The notes under the pieces: model-generated | What the model saw: the letters and a program-made list of their open reading frames with translations, nothing else | What the model was told of the DNA's origin: nothing | Database searches by the model: none | In this document: positions 27,955-39,239 of the stretch, piece after piece | Layout of the letters: each line of letters begins with the position of its first letter | Position numbering within the stretch: position 1 is the stretch's first letter | Position numbers and translations under genes: made by a program | From: an uncultured Gammaproteobacteria bacterium | GTDB taxonomy: Bacteria > Pseudomonadota > Gammaproteobacteria > UBA6002 | DNA: 64,000 bases | Reading direction: 5' to 3' | NCBI GenBank assembly: GCA_963705725.1 | Contig: CAVPKM010000020.1 | Location: 1-64,000, forward strand

Positions 27955-28425
27955 TTACTCCTCTATAATGAATAGCGCTTGATCATATTCAACAGGTTGT
28001 TCATTATCGATTAAGCGTGCGCTGATGGTCCCTGACTTGTCTGCTTCGATTTGGTTAAACATTTTCATGGCTTCAATCAAACAAAGCACTTGACCGACTT
28101 CAACAAACTGCCCGATTTCAACAAAGGGCTTTGCTCCAGGCGTTGGAGCAAGATAAACAGTGCCTACCATTGGAGACCTTACCGGATGGCCTTTAGGTTC
28201 TTCAGGCGCTGCCTTTTTTTCTTCTTCAAGGTGGGCGGGGGCATGTGCTTGAGGTGCGATATGATGGTGGGTAATAGAAGGCGCAGAAAAGGAAGAGATT
28301 TGGCTGCTGCTGTTGCGACTGACACGTAGGGTTTTGTCTCCTTCTTTTATTTCTATTTCACCAATATCAGAATTTTTAGTCACTAATTCTATTAATTTTT
28401 TTATGGTACGTATCTCTATGTCCAT
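27955..28425 (-). CDS. accB: Biotin carboxyl carrier protein
   Basis: SPMVGT, EAMKM biotinylation motif. Confidence 0.97.
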   Translation of the reverse strand: MDIEIRTIKKLIELVTKNSDIGEIEIKEGDKTLRVSRNSSSQISSFSAPSITHHHIAPQAHAPAHLEEEKKAAPEEPKGHPVRSPMVGTVYLAPTPGAKPFVEIGQFVEVGQVLCLIEAMKMFNQIEADKSGTISARLIDNEQPVEYDQALFIIEE

Positions 28426-28434
28426 GGTTTTTTA

Positions 28435-28881
28435 TTACTCCGTAGCTGATAGGTAATAATGTATTGCATTGAGTGCGAGCATATAGCATTGCTGCCCTAA
28501 ACCAATGATTGAGCCATGAGCGATATCTGAAAAATAAGAAATATGACGAAAAGATTCGCGTCGATGGATATTGCTTATATGAACCTCAATAAATGGGATA
28601 TCTACTGCAAGGAGCGTGTCACGTAGCGCGATACTAGTATGGGTAAAGGCGGCGGGGTTGAAAATAATAAAGGCAATTTTCTCATTCATTGCTTGTTGGA
28701 TTCGATCGATGAGTTCATGTTCGGCGTTGCTTTGAAAACAAATAATTTGATAGCCCAGCGCCTTGCCTTGTTGTATAAGCGCTTGATTGATGGTGGCTAA
28801 ATCGACCTTCCCATAAATGGCAGGAATACGATAACCAAGTAAATTAAGGTTTGGCCCATTGATAACAAGTATTTTTAGCAT
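28435..28881 (-). CDS. aroQ: Type II 3-dehydroquinate dehydratase
   Basis: [35 protein letters not shown]; start set at MLKILV. Confidence 0.96.
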   Translation of the reverse strand: MLKILVINGPNLNLLGYRIPAIYGKVDLATINQALIQQGKALGYQIICFQSNAEHELIDRIQQAMNEKIAFIIFNPAAFTHTSIALRDTLLAVDIPFIEVHISNIHRRESFRHISYFSDIAHGSIIGLGQQCYMLALNAIHYYLSATE

Positions 28882-29086
28882 GGACCGATTCTGCCTGAGT
28901 TCGATCTTTTTGTCTATACAATGAATTTTCTGTATATAAAAACTTAAATAATTATACCCGTGCCGGCAGACAACCATTCTAATGCTAAAGAATTTGTAAA
29001 AAAGGGAGGCTTTTGTTACAATCCAGCCTTTCCACTCCTTGCCCTATTTTTAATTTTGGGCTGTTAATCATCCATAAGGAGCAATC

Positions 29087-29473
29087 ATGCGTCATTATGA
29101 AATTATTTTTTTAGTTCATCCTGATCAAAGCGATCAGGTTCCTTCAATGGTCAAGCGTTATAAAGCATTAATCAAGCAAAATAATGGTCAAGTCCATCGG
29201 CTAGAGGATTGGGGGCGTCGGCAATTAGCCTATCCAATTAATAAGGTCCATAAAGCACATTATATTTTAATGAATATTGAATGCGACAAACCGACAATTG
29301 AAGAATTAGAAAGCACATTTCGTTTTAATGATGCAGTTATTCGTCATTTGATTATACGAAAAGATAAGGCCATTACTGAACCTTCACCTATGGCAAAAAG
29401 TCAGGATGATACCCGTGAGCATAAGCCTGATAAGGGAATGGAAACAGAAAGCCTTCAAGAAAGTGTCACTTAG
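29087..29473 (+). CDS. rpsF: 30S ribosomal protein S6
   Basis: [29 protein letters not shown]. Confidence 0.98.
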   Translation: MRHYEIIFLVHPDQSDQVPSMVKRYKALIKQNNGQVHRLEDWGRRQLAYPINKVHKAHYILMNIECDKPTIEELESTFRFNDAVIRHLIIRKDKAITEPSPMAKSQDDTREHKPDKGMETESLQESVT

Positions 29474-29529
29474 TTAAAGTGGCAAGTAGGATGTTTCAAT
29501 CCTGTGCTATAAAAAAGTTTTGTTAATCA

Positions 29530-29769
29530 ATGAGGAATACACCGATGCCCAAATACCGTAAAAAATTCTGCCGATTTTCTATTGAAGGCGCTGATGAAAT
29601 AGATTTTAAAGACTTAAGTACTCTTAAGGGTTCCATTATGGAATCAGCACGTATCGTGCCTAGCCGGATTACTGGCACTGCCGCTCGTTATCAAAGACAG
29701 CTTGCTAAAGCGATCAAGCGCGCTCGATTCTTGGCCTTACTTCCTTACTGCGATTTGCACAGTAAATAA
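29530..29769 (+). CDS. rpsR: 30S ribosomal protein S18
   Basis: [33 protein letters not shown]. Confidence 0.97.
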   Translation: MRNTPMPKYRKKFCRFSIEGADEIDFKDLSTLKGSIMESARIVPSRITGTAARYQRQLAKAIKRARFLALLPYCDLHSK

Positions 29770-29814
29770 ATTCATCGTTATTTAGGCGCATGCCTTAGAG
29801 GGGAAGGTGTTACA

Positions 29815-30726
29815 GTGAATCTAATTTTAAAAAAATGGGGTGAGCGCATTCTGCATAATAGGCAATATGCAGCGGGTATCGCATTAGTCGCTGCATTTTT
29901 TTCATTTTTTAGCCTTCCCTTGATTGGTTGGATCAGTACATTAATTATTGCCTTGGTGACCTTACAAAATAGCCCGAAAGTGGGGTTGATCGTAGCTGCT
30001 TGGGCCATGTTGCCTGCCGTTGCCTTGTTGTACTTAGGACATTATGGCATTTTCATTAATGTAGTGATTTTACATTATGCAATTGTATGGTTACTTGCAG
30101 TAGGACTCCGTAGAACAAATTGGATCAATTTGCTGCAGTTTGGCACGTTAGTAGGGATAGCAGCCGTTATTGGCATTTACTACCTTGCGCCGGGTTTGCA
30201 AGACCTGCTTACCCAGGAATTATCTTCGTTTGCTAAGGGATATAAGGCGTCATTATTTAGCTTTAAATCCGCTGATACAGAGGTGTGGTTAAAATATATT
30301 ACGCAATTTGCGACCGGATTACTTGCCATTGGTGTGTTGATTTCAAATTTGATGACATTATATATCGCGAGAAGTTGGCAGTCTCTTGTTGCGCCTATTG
30401 TGAGTGTAAAAAAAGAGTGGCACGGAATTCGATTGCATTACAGTACTTCCTTGCTACTTGTTGCATTATCTCCTGGTTTATTTTTCAATCCAGAACTATT
30501 TATTAACTTATTGATTGTTGCTGTTCTGCCCTTTGTTTTTTCAGGATTAAGTTTATTGCATGCTTATACCGCAACAAAAAGAAATTGTTCAGTATTATTG
30601 TTTGCGTTTTATCTATTGTTTATATTTTTTTCCCCCTATCTGATTATCCTGATTTCTTTGATGGGTTGGTTAGATAGCTTTATCAATTTTCGAAAAAGAA
30701 TAGTGACTCTTCAGCATGTCAGTTAG
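29815..30726 (+). CDS. YybS/DUF2232-like membrane protein
   Basis: Polytopic hydrophobic ORF between rpsR and rplI, ending GWLDSFINFRKR. Confidence 0.7.
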   Translation: MNLILKKWGERILHNRQYAAGIALVAAFFSFFSLPLIGWISTLIIALVTLQNSPKVGLIVAAWAMLPAVALLYLGHYGIFINVVILHYAIVWLLAVGLRRTNWINLLQFGTLVGIAAVIGIYYLAPGLQDLLTQELSSFAKGYKASLFSFKSADTEVWLKYITQFATGLLAIGVLISNLMTLYIARSWQSLVAPIVSVKKEWHGIRLHYSTSLLLVALSPGLFFNPELFINLLIVAVLPFVFSGLSLLHAYTATKRNCSVLLFAFYLLFIFFSPYLIILISLMGWLDSFINFRKRIVTLQHVS

Positions 30727-30766
30727 GGCGTAACGTTTGCGCTTCCATCATGTGCTGAAAAGTGAC
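30703..30766. mobile_element. Internally deleted family-B element overlapping the gene 3' end
   Basis: GTGACTCTTCAGCATG...TGTGCTGAAAAGTGAC matches the family-B termini. Confidence 0.55.
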
Positions 30767-30803
30767 AAATAATTTTATAGTAGCTACAAAGAGGTAATGG
30801 CTA

Positions 30804-31250
30804 ATGGAAATCATCTTATTAGAAAAAGTTCATAATTTAGGTGGCATCGGTGAAAAAGTTAATGTGCGATCAGGCTATGGGCGTAATTTTCTTATTCCAC
30901 AAGGAAAGGCAGTGCCTGCCACAGGAAAAAATATAAAACTGTACGAAGAAAAGCGTGCTGAACTTGAAAAACAGGCTGCTGAAAATTTTGCTCATGCGAA
31001 AGAGCGGGCTATTGAAATTGAAAAGTTAAAGTTAACTATTCGATCTAAAGCAGGTGAAGAAGGCAAATTATATGGTTCAATTGGCGCGCGCGATATTGCA
31101 GATGCAATAACGGAAGCGGGTCAAAAAGTATCAAAATCTGAAATACGATTGCCAGAAGGTGCGATTCGTCAAACAGGTGAACATCCGATTAATGTACATT
31201 TGCATTCAGATGTGAGCGTTACCATTACTGTTAATATACTGGCAACCTAA
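30804..31250 (+). CDS. rplI: 50S ribosomal protein L9
   Basis: MEIILLEKV..LG, GYGRNFLIPQG, GKLYGSI. Confidence 0.98.
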   Translation: MEIILLEKVHNLGGIGEKVNVRSGYGRNFLIPQGKAVPATGKNIKLYEEKRAELEKQAAENFAHAKERAIEIEKLKLTIRSKAGEEGKLYGSIGARDIADAITEAGQKVSKSEIRLPEGAIRQTGEHPINVHLHSDVSVTITVNILAT

Positions 31251-31258
31251 CTTTACTC

Positions 31259-32635
31259 GTGGGCTACAATAATAATCAAGTCGATGTAGATCAAGTCAAG
31301 TTACCGCCGCATTCAGTTGAAGCGGAACAATCGGTGCTTGGCTCCTTGATGTTTGACAATCGTGCTTGGGATAAAATCGTTGATAAAGTCAATGAAAATG
31401 ATTTCTATCTCACCCATCATCGGATTATCTATCGTATTCTGGGAGAGTTATCAAGGCGTAATAGCCCATTTGATGTGCTAACAGTTGCAGATGCCTTAAA
31501 AAATCTAAGTGAGTTAGATAATATTGGAGGCGAGCTTTATCTCTTTGAATTAGTAAAAAATACGCCAAGTGCTGTCAATGTTACTGCCTATGCAGATATT
31601 GTTCGAGAACGATCTGTCCTTCGTCAGTTGATCCACATCGCCAATGAAATTGCCGATACCGCCTTTTTCCCAGAAGGAAGAATCAGTGCCGAAATCCTTG
31701 ATTCAGCCGAACAAAAAATTTTTAAAATAGGAAATCAAAGCTCTCGGGGTAGCGGCCCGATTAGCCTTACCGAATATTTAGCGAAAGCAACAGATCGAAT
31801 TGACACACTTTTTCATTCAGACAAGACAGTGACAGGGGTAGCGACAGGGTTCACGGATTTTGATGAAATGACATCTGGCTTGCAAGAGGGAGATCTGATT
31901 ATCATTGCAGGACGCCCATCCATGGGTAAAACTGCTTTTGCAATGAATATTGCTGAAAATGCTGCGATCAAGAATAAACAATCCGTGCTCGTTTTTAGCT
32001 TAGAAATGCCAGGTGAACAGTTAGCGCTTCGTATGATGTCATCACTTGGCCGTATTGATCAACATCGGGTACGAAATGGCAAACTTAACGATACGGATTG
32101 GCCGCGTATTACTTCAGCCGTCAGTGTCTTATCAGAAGCTCCCATGTTTATTGATGATACCCCCGCCCTCAGTCCTTCTGAAGTGCGAGCAAGAGCAAGA
32201 AGGCTGGAGAGAGAATATGGAAAAATCAAGTTAATCATCATTGACTATTTGCAATTAATGCAAGTTCCGGGAAGCAAAGAAAATCGAACCAATGAAATTT
32301 CAGAAATATCCCGCTCGCTCAAAGCGTTAGCAAAGGAATTGCATGTGCCGGTGATTGCGTTGTCACAATTAAATCGTGGCCTAGAACAGCGTCATGATCG
32401 AAGACCGGTTATGTCAGATTTGAGAGAATCAGGAGCAATAGAGCAAGATGCCGACCTGATTGCTTTTATCTATCGTGATGAAGTTTATAATGAAGAGAGT
32501 TTGGATAAAGGCAAGGCAGAGATTATCATTGCTAAACAACGAAATGGTCCGATTGGCAAGCTGCATCTTACCTTCCTTGGACAGTATACCGTATTTGAAA
32601 ACTATGCTTCGCCTCAATATCATGAGGTTTTTTAA
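31259..32635 (+). CDS. dnaB: Replicative DNA helicase
   Basis: PPHSVEAEQSVLG, AGRPSMGKT, DYLQL, SQLNR, DLRESGAIEQDAD; no intein. Confidence 0.98.
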   Translation: MGYNNNQVDVDQVKLPPHSVEAEQSVLGSLMFDNRAWDKIVDKVNENDFYLTHHRIIYRILGELSRRNSPFDVLTVADALKNLSELDNIGGELYLFELVKNTPSAVNVTAYADIVRERSVLRQLIHIANEIADTAFFPEGRISAEILDSAEQKIFKIGNQSSRGSGPISLTEYLAKATDRIDTLFHSDKTVTGVATGFTDFDEMTSGLQEGDLIIIAGRPSMGKTAFAMNIAENAAIKNKQSVLVFSLEMPGEQLALRMMSSLGRIDQHRVRNGKLNDTDWPRITSAVSVLSEAPMFIDDTPALSPSEVRARARRLEREYGKIKLIIIDYLQLMQVPGSKENRTNEISEISRSLKALAKELHVPVIALSQLNRGLEQRHDRRPVMSDLRESGAIEQDADLIAFIYRDEVYNEESLDKGKAEIIIAKQRNGPIGKLHLTFLGQYTVFENYASPQYHEVF

Positions 32636-33714
32636 TGAGCGTCAGGACTCAAGCGCTTATTGATACCAATGCGTTAAAGCATAATTTTAGCTTGATTAAA
32701 AATGCTGCATCAAATTCGAAAGTCTTAGCCATGCTAAAGGGAAATGCCTATGGCCATGGCCTGGTTGAAATAGGCAAAAGATTACCTGAAGTAGATGCGT
32801 TTGGTGTGGCTTGCCTTTCAGAAGCAATTAAGTTAAGAGAAGGCAAAGTACAAACACCGATTGTGATTATGTCCGGGATATTTAACCAAGAAGATCTCGA
32901 TGCAATCATCTACTACGACCTGCAAATCGTTTTACATGATAAATTTCAATTGGAACTACTCCAAACCGCCAACCCAGCTAAACCCATTTCTGTCTGGTTA
33001 AAAGTGGATACCGGGATGCACCGTTTAGGCGTGAATCCTAAAGAATTCGATGAAATTTTTTCTTGCTTGATGCAAAACCCTGCCATAAAAAAACCGCTTG
33101 TTGTGATGACTCATCTTGCGGATGCCGATGATCCGATGAAAACGACAACTTCTCAGCAGTTGAGGGTATTTAATCAATTAACTTCACATTTGCCTTGTTT
33201 AAAGAGTGTGGCGAATTCTGCAGGAATTATCGCTTGGCCTGATGCAATTAAAGATTGGAATCGTCCTGGGATCATGTTATATGGAATTTCGCCCATTCTT
33301 AATAAAACAGGAATGGCGTATGGGCTAAAGCCAGTCATGACGCTTAAATCTAAAATCGTAGCAGTTCATCAATATCAAAAAGGAGATAAGATTGGCTATG
33401 GTGGAACTTGGACTTGCCCAAAAGCGATGCCAGTCGGTACAATTGCCATTGGCTATGGTGACGGTTACCCGCGTCATGCTAGAAACGGAACACCCACTTT
33501 AATTCATAACACTATTTGTCCTTTAGTTGGGCGCGTTTCAATGGATTTAATTACGGTTGATCTTAGGAAATGTCCTAAGGCTAAAATTAATGATGATGTC
33601 ATTCTATGGGGCGAGGACTTGCCTGCAGAAAATGTAGCTGTTTTTTCAGATACCATCGCCTATGAATTACTTTGTAATGTTTCTGAACGTGTGGATCTGG
33701 TTTATCGTCGTTAA
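32635..33714 (+). CDS. alr: Alanine racemase
   Basis: LKGNAYGHG, KVDTGMHRLG, RPGIMLYG, GYGDGYPR, GRVSMD. Confidence 0.97.
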   Translation: MSVRTQALIDTNALKHNFSLIKNAASNSKVLAMLKGNAYGHGLVEIGKRLPEVDAFGVACLSEAIKLREGKVQTPIVIMSGIFNQEDLDAIIYYDLQIVLHDKFQLELLQTANPAKPISVWLKVDTGMHRLGVNPKEFDEIFSCLMQNPAIKKPLVVMTHLADADDPMKTTTSQQLRVFNQLTSHLPCLKSVANSAGIIAWPDAIKDWNRPGIMLYGISPILNKTGMAYGLKPVMTLKSKIVAVHQYQKGDKIGYGGTWTCPKAMPVGTIAIGYGDGYPRHARNGTPTLIHNTICPLVGRVSMDLITVDLRKCPKAKINDDVILWGEDLPAENVAVFSDTIAYELLCNVSERVDLVYRR

Positions 33715-33746
33715 GCGATTTATAAAAAAAAGAAAGGTAAGAGAGC

Positions 33747-34532
33747 ATGCGCAAGGCAACGCGGTTATTATTTATAACAGTTGCATTATTTCTTGTTGGT
33801 TGTGCCACTACGCTCAAGCCGCCTAAAAATAAAGAAAATGTTTGCGCTATTTTTAACGAGTATCCTAAATGGTACCGGGTCGCTAAAAAAACAGAAATGA
33901 AATGGGGTGTACCCGTTTATGTTCAAATGGCTATTATCTACTATGAATCAGCTTTCAAGGGAGATGCCAGGCCTCCCAGGCATTACTTCCTGGGTATATT
34001 TCCCGGTAAGCATCTCTCATCGGCTTATGGCTACGCGCAGGCTCTAGATCAGACATGGAAAGATTATTTAACATCTGCAGGAAGTTTTTTTGCTTCGCGA
34101 AATAAATTCGATTCGGCAACTGATTTTATTGGTTGGTATAGTGTTCAAGCAAGAGATCGTTTAGGTATTCTGCAAAGTGATTCCTATAACCTATATCTTG
34201 CTTATCATGAAGGGTTGGGTGGATATGAAAAAAAGTCATACCTTAAAAAACCTTGGTTAATGCGATATGCAAAAAATGTTGCATTAAAATCCCAAATTTT
34301 TCGAAGCCAGCTCGCTTGCTATGAAAATAACTTTAACATATTGGATTTGAAGAAGTTTGAAAACGAACCAGCCCCGCCAAGCCCTATTGATCAATGTCGC
34401 AATAGTCGTTCAATTACTCAAGAATTGCCTGAAGGGTTGACTTTGGAACCCCCTGTTGGAAATTATGTGATTGAACACAAAGAAATAAAAGAAGAATCTC
34501 AAGCCATTCCTGATGAAGGGAGTCCTATATGA
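33747..34532 (+). CDS. Lipoprotein with lytic transglycosylase (SLT-like) domain
   Basis: Lipobox LVGC, AIIYYESAF, SSAYGYAQALD, YLAYHEG. Confidence 0.8.
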   Translation: MRKATRLLFITVALFLVGCATTLKPPKNKENVCAIFNEYPKWYRVAKKTEMKWGVPVYVQMAIIYYESAFKGDARPPRHYFLGIFPGKHLSSAYGYAQALDQTWKDYLTSAGSFFASRNKFDSATDFIGWYSVQARDRLGILQSDSYNLYLAYHEGLGGYEKKSYLKKPWLMRYAKNVALKSQIFRSQLACYENNFNILDLKKFENEPAPPSPIDQCRNSRSITQELPEGLTLEPPVGNYVIEHKEIKEESQAIPDEGSPI

Positions 34533-35806
34533 AAAAGCCAATTTCCTCTCTTCCTAAGACTGAACTGATTGGTTGGATTATTTGTGGGTTGGGCGCGCTT
34601 TTTTATTGTTATGAGTATTTGCTAAGGATACAGCCTAGTGTGATGGTGCCGGAATTAATGCGGCAATTTCATCTTTCAGCCGAGCGTTTTAGCGCGATCA
34701 TTAGCCTTTTCTATTTAGCTTATACTCCCATGCAAGCTGTCGTTGGTGTGATCACCGATTTGTATGGACCGCGTTATATTCTCACTTTTGCTATTGTGAC
34801 CTGCACATTAGGAAGCTGGCTTTTTGGAGTTGCCGATAACCTTTACATTGCTTCGGTAGGTCGATTTTTAGTCGGTTTTGGCAGTGCTTTTGCCTTTGTT
34901 AGTGCACTTAAACTTGCTTCAATTTGGTTGCCGCTCAATCGATTTGCACTTTTTGCGGGCTTGGTCACTGCATTAGGCATGGTGGGTGGTATGGTAGGGG
35001 ATATTGGTCTGACTCATCTTGTTATGGTTTTGGGCTGGAAAGAGACAATTTATGCCAGTACTTTATTAGGGGTAATATTAATACCATTAATTTGGTGGTG
35101 CATTCGAGATCGTCAGGCGGTAGAAAAATCAAAACAAAATTCACGAACGGCATACCGTGAAACTTTTTCTGGATTATGGGTGATTTTAAAAAATCCTCAA
35201 GCTTGGATAGCGGGAGCGATTGGCTGTATCCTTTATTTATCTCTTTCCGTTTTTGCAGAATTATGGGGAATACCGTTTTTAAAAGTCGTTTATCATTTAA
35301 ATTCAGTACAAGCAGCCTTTGCGAATTCGTTTATTTTTATGGGGTGGTTAATTGGCGCTCCCTTAACAGGCTGGATATCTGATCGTTTACGCAAAAGAAA
35401 ATTACCCTTGCTGCTCGGCTGTTTGTTCTCAGCAATCACTATTGTCGTGATCATTTACCTACCTCGTACTCCGATCTATATCCTTGAAATTTTGCTTTTT
35501 TTATTCGGAGCCTTTAGCAGCATTGAAGTGGTTTGTTTTGCAGTAGGTCGAGAAACCAGTCCAAAGCACGTTTCTGGTGCAGCGGTTTCTTTTATCAATT
35601 TGCTGGTGATGTTTGGCGGCTTGGTTTTTCAGCCTTTAGTTGGAAAAGTGCTAGATCTTTATTGGACTGGTAAAATGGCAGATGGGGTACGGGTTTATGA
35701 TGTCCATAGTTTTCAGTTATCATTGACCCTTATTCCAATTTTTATTCTTATTGGCCTAGTTTGTAGCTTGATGATGAAAGAATCTTTTGACCATCTGGTG
35801 GAATAA
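34529..35806 (+). CDS. MFS transporter (Pht-like, Legionellales-expanded family)
   Basis: About 12 TMs; ALFYCYEYLLR, DLYGPR, GRFLVGFG, ELWG, GWISDR. Confidence 0.85.
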   Translation: MKKPISSLPKTELIGWIICGLGALFYCYEYLLRIQPSVMVPELMRQFHLSAERFSAIISLFYLAYTPMQAVVGVITDLYGPRYILTFAIVTCTLGSWLFGVADNLYIASVGRFLVGFGSAFAFVSALKLASIWLPLNRFALFAGLVTALGMVGGMVGDIGLTHLVMVLGWKETIYASTLLGVILIPLIWWCIRDRQAVEKSKQNSRTAYRETFSGLWVILKNPQAWIAGAIGCILYLSLSVFAELWGIPFLKVVYHLNSVQAAFANSFIFMGWLIGAPLTGWISDRLRKRKLPLLLGCLFSAITIVVIIYLPRTPIYILEILLFLFGAFSSIEVVCFAVGRETSPKHVSGAAVSFINLLVMFGGLVFQPLVGKVLDLYWTGKMADGVRVYDVHSFQLSLTLIPIFILIGLVCSLMMKESFDHLVE

Positions 35807-35809
35807 TTT

Positions 35810-36049
35810 ATGCAAGAAAAAGTATTACGATTACGTTATCAGTGTCGAAGAGGAATGTTAGAGTTAGATGCGATATTACAGCCTTTTTTCGAGAAACATT
35901 TTTTAGAATTAACCCCCTTAGAACAAGAAGATTTTGAAATGCTCTTAGCAAGTTCTGATCAATCACTATATAATTGGTTTATTGGTAGCTCAGCCCCCTC
36001 TCAAGCAAGATTACAAGCATTGATTAGCAAGATAAAAAGTCAATTTTGA
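35810..36049 (+). CDS. sdhE: FAD assembly factor SdhE
   Basis: CRRGMLELD motif. Confidence 0.93.
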   Translation: MQEKVLRLRYQCRRGMLELDAILQPFFEKHFLELTPLEQEDFEMLLASSDQSLYNWFIGSSAPSQARLQALISKIKSQF

Positions 36050-36129
36050 ATACTTATTCTTTGGCTTATTTTTATGGATAAGGTTTTTGTCATGTGCAGA
36101 GAAATTCATTAACGAAGGGTACAGATTTA

Positions 36130-36591
36130 ATGAAGTTATATTTAATGAGACACGGAGAAGCGACGTTACCAAATATTAATCCTGAAAGACCACTTAGTGA
36201 AATTGGGTTAGTAGAGGCAAAAAAAATTAGAGATTTTTTGGAGCGAAGCCAAGTACAAATCGATCAAATTTATCATAGCGGTATATTAAGAGCCGAACAA
36301 ACTGCGAAAATTTTGGCAGAGTGTATTGAGCCGATGCCAAAATTAGATCTACTTTTAGGCTTGATGCCAGAAGATGATATCAAGCCGATTGCTTTGTATT
36401 GCAATCATTGGCAAAAGCACACCTTGATCGTTGGGCATATGCCTTTTTTGGGTAAATTGTTTTCAATGTTACTGCTAGAAAAAGAAGAGACTGAGCGTAT
36501 TTTTTTTCATACGGCGGCCATTGCCTGCTTGGAGAAGATAGCATCATTCCATTGGTCGCTTTCGTGGTTCACCTACCCAGACTTACTATAA
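36130..36591 (+). CDS. sixA: Phosphohistidine phosphatase SixA
   Basis: LYLMRHGEA, RPLSEIG, RAEQTA, LIVGHMP; start at MKLYL. Confidence 0.9.
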   Translation: MKLYLMRHGEATLPNINPERPLSEIGLVEAKKIRDFLERSQVQIDQIYHSGILRAEQTAKILAECIEPMPKLDLLLGLMPEDDIKPIALYCNHWQKHTLIVGHMPFLGKLFSMLLLEKEETERIFFHTAAIACLEKIASFHWSLSWFTYPDLL

Positions 36592-37034
36592 TGCTGCCAC
36601 TGATCACATTAAAAACGGCGAAGTCATTACATTGTTTATTTTTCTTTCTGTTCTTAGGGAGCATTTTTGCAGTTTTGATTAGTACTTTGTCAATGATCAC
36701 TAAAATTGGCTTGCTATTGATTGTTTGCCGTCTTGGCCTTCGTTATTTTAAAAAACAGATTTCACTTAATCATCCACTTTCAATTATCGGTCTTGCAAGA
36801 ACAAATTCGGGTATTTGGACGGTAGTGTTAACTAATCAACAGATTGTTTATGGCGCGTTAAAAGGGTCTAGTTATGTTTCCAACTTTATCTTAATTTTAA
36901 ATTTCCTCACCGAACAAAATTTGCGTTTAACCACCATTATAGTAAAAGCAAGTGTCGGAGCCCAGGCTTTCAGGCAGTTATTAGCAAATATTCGAAATAC
37001 TAAGCTCGAAGGTAACTATTCAGCACAGGGTTGA
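36591..37034 (+). CDS. YgfX-like membrane protein
   Basis: Two N-terminal TMs then a beta-rich region with FRQL near the end; close to sdhE. Confidence 0.55.
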   Translation: MLPLITLKTAKSLHCLFFFLFLGSIFAVLISTLSMITKIGLLLIVCRLGLRYFKKQISLNHPLSIIGLARTNSGIWTVVLTNQQIVYGALKGSSYVSNFILILNFLTEQNLRLTTIIVKASVGAQAFRQLLANIRNTKLEGNYSAQG

Positions 37035-37184
37035 AACGTCCATATTTTGCCATCTTCGAACAAAAAATTTAATTAAAACTGCTCACATACTTGAGTATTG
37101 CTCCGCTATTAATTAAATTTTTTGTCCGAATCTAGCTAAAACCTGAACGTTTAGCGACTTCAAGCATTTGTGCTGAACAATTAC
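37012..37184. mobile_element. Family-B miniature palindromic element (~173 bp), full copy 1
   Basis: Termini GTAACTATTCAGCACA / TGTGCTGAACAATTAC; internal hairpin ACAAAAAATTTAATTAA...TTAATTAAATTTTTTGT; near-identical to 48446-48619. Confidence 0.85.
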
Positions 37185-37228
37185 GCTTGAGGTTGTTTAA
37201 CCAAAAGCATCCATTGGTGAAGTGCAGA

Positions 37229-39046
37229 CTATTTTGTCCTTGCATCCTTCTTTCTCTCATGCTCTTTAAGTCGCTTTTTGCGCAATCGAATAGCGTCAGG
37301 TGTGACTTCAACTAATTCATCATCATTAATTAATTCCAGCGCTTGTTCTAGCGATAAGCGGATAGGTGGGGTGAGGACAATGTTTTCATCAGATCCTGAA
37401 GCGCGAATATTGGTCAGTTGTTTTTCTCGAGTCACATTGACGACCAAATCATTTTCCCGCGTATGCAGGCCTATAATCATGCCTTCATAAACTTCAGTTT
37501 GAGGGTGAATCATTAATTTTCCACGCTCTTCTAAATTCCATAGGGCATAGGCAGTCGCCTTGCCTTCACCGTTAGCGATCAAGACTCCATTTATTCTGGC
37601 AGCAATCGCTCCCTTGACTAGGGGACCATAATGATCAAAAACATGATGCATCAACCCGGTTCCGGAGGTGATGGTAAGAAATTCTGTGTGAAAACCAATT
37701 AATCCTCGTGTGGGAATAATGTAATCTAAGCGGATTCTTCCTTTACCGTCTGGCATCATGTTTTGAATCAGTCCTCGGCGAGAAGCGAGTTTCTCCATTA
37801 CTGTGCCTTGGTGGGTTTCTTCGACGTCGCACGTAAGGGACTCATAAGGTTCTTGAGGTTCGCCATTTATTTCTTTAACAATGACTTCTGGTCTAGAGGC
37901 GCCAAGCTCATAACCCTCTCGTCTCATGGTTTCAATGAGAATAGAAAGGTGCAGTTCTCCTCGACCTGAAACTTTAAACTTATCAGGATCTTGAGTGTCT
38001 TGAACTTGAAGTGCCACATTACTCACTAACTCTCGCGTTAATCGGTCCCTAAGATGGCGGCTTGTTACATACTTGCCACTTTTTCCGCAGAAAGGGGAGT
38101 CATTAACTTGAAAAGTCATGCAAACAGTTGGTTCATCCACGATGAGATTAGGCAAGGGGTCGGGATGTTTGGGGTCACAAATTGTGTCGGAAATTCGTAT
38201 ATTTTCAATGCCGGTAATTGCGATAATATCGCCTGCTTGAGCTTCCTCTACTTCAACCCGATTGAGTCCTAAATATCCCATGACTTGTAAAATGCGCCCG
38301 CTTCGTGACTCTCCTTTGTGGTTGATAACCACGACTGGTGAATTAGTGGTAATTTTTCCACGATTAATGCGACCAATTCCAATTGCTCCTACATAGCTTG
38401 AATAATCTAGCGAGCTGATTTGCATTTGGAATGGTCCATCCAAATTGACATCTGGAGGGGGTACTCTGTCGATAATTGTTTGAAGCAAGGGGTTCATATT
38501 TTCCGATGCTTGGTTTAAATCTAAAGTAGCCAATCCTTTTAAGGCAGAGGCATAGACTACTGGAAAATCAAGTTGTTCGTTGCTAGCCCCAAGTCGATCA
38601 AATAAATCAAAAACCTGATCGACTACCCAATCTGGACGAGCGCTAGGTCGGTCAATTTTGTTAATCACGACGATGGGTTTAAGGCCATGCTCAAATGCTT
38701 TTAATGTCACAAACCTAGTCTGTGGCATGGGCCCATCTACTGCATCAACGAGTAGCAGCACCGAATCGACCATTGACAGTATGCGTTCAACTTCACCGCC
38801 AAAATCCGCATGTCCTGGAGTGTCGACGATATTAATACGATACCCGTTCCAGATGATTGCAGTAATTTTTGAAAGAATGGTAATTCCGCGTTCTTTTTCA
38901 AGTTCATTAGAATCTAGGACGCGTTCCTGGCCAGCAGCCTTGCTGCTCAAGGTTCCCGATTGTTGTAAAAATTTATCAACTAAGGTCGTTTTGCCGTGGT
39001 CAACATGGGCAATAATAGCGATATTTCGTCGTTTATTCATGGTCAT
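37229..39046 (-). CDS. typA: Translational GTPase TypA/BipA
   Basis: [37 protein letters not shown]. Confidence 0.98.
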   Translation of the reverse strand: MTMNKRRNIAIIAHVDHGKTTLVDKFLQQSGTLSSKAAGQERVLDSNELEKERGITILSKITAIIWNGYRINIVDTPGHADFGGEVERILSMVDSVLLLVDAVDGPMPQTRFVTLKAFEHGLKPIVVINKIDRPSARPDWVVDQVFDLFDRLGASNEQLDFPVVYASALKGLATLDLNQASENMNPLLQTIIDRVPPPDVNLDGPFQMQISSLDYSSYVGAIGIGRINRGKITTNSPVVVINHKGESRSGRILQVMGYLGLNRVEVEEAQAGDIIAITGIENIRISDTICDPKHPDPLPNLIVDEPTVCMTFQVNDSPFCGKSGKYVTSRHLRDRLTRELVSNVALQVQDTQDPDKFKVSGRGELHLSILIETMRREGYELGASRPEVIVKEINGEPQEPYESLTCDVEETHQGTVMEKLASRRGLIQNMMPDGKGRIRLDYIIPTRGLIGFHTEFLTITSGTGLMHHVFDHYGPLVKGAIAARINGVLIANGEGKATAYALWNLEERGKLMIHPQTEVYEGMIIGLHTRENDLVVNVTREKQLTNIRASGSDENIVLTPPIRLSLEQALELINDDELVEVTPDAIRLRKKRLKEHERKKDARTK

Positions 39047-39239
39047 TTTGCAGTAGGCCTTAATAAAACTTAAAATTATACCCTAAAACTTATATCTTGT
39101 CATTCCTGTCGATGCCTCCTTCTACAGTCTATTCGCCGCAAAGTCTCTTCACTATCAGCCGACTTTGAAAGGATAACTCCTTATATTTAAGCTAAAATTA
39201 ACATAAAACCTACCCATTTTTATTAAAAGGAGGAATGCA

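Noticed and set aside
35810-37034. CptAB toxin-antitoxin system
   Set aside because: The RGxxE protein is SdhE, a flavinylation factor; the toxin-antitoxin label for sdhE-ygfX is disputed and the two genes are separated here.
39186-39203. PmrA-like box between typA and the 194-aa gene
   Set aside because: An 11-bp-spaced TTAA pair is present, but its orientation is ambiguous and it could arise by chance in AT-rich DNA next to housekeeping genes.
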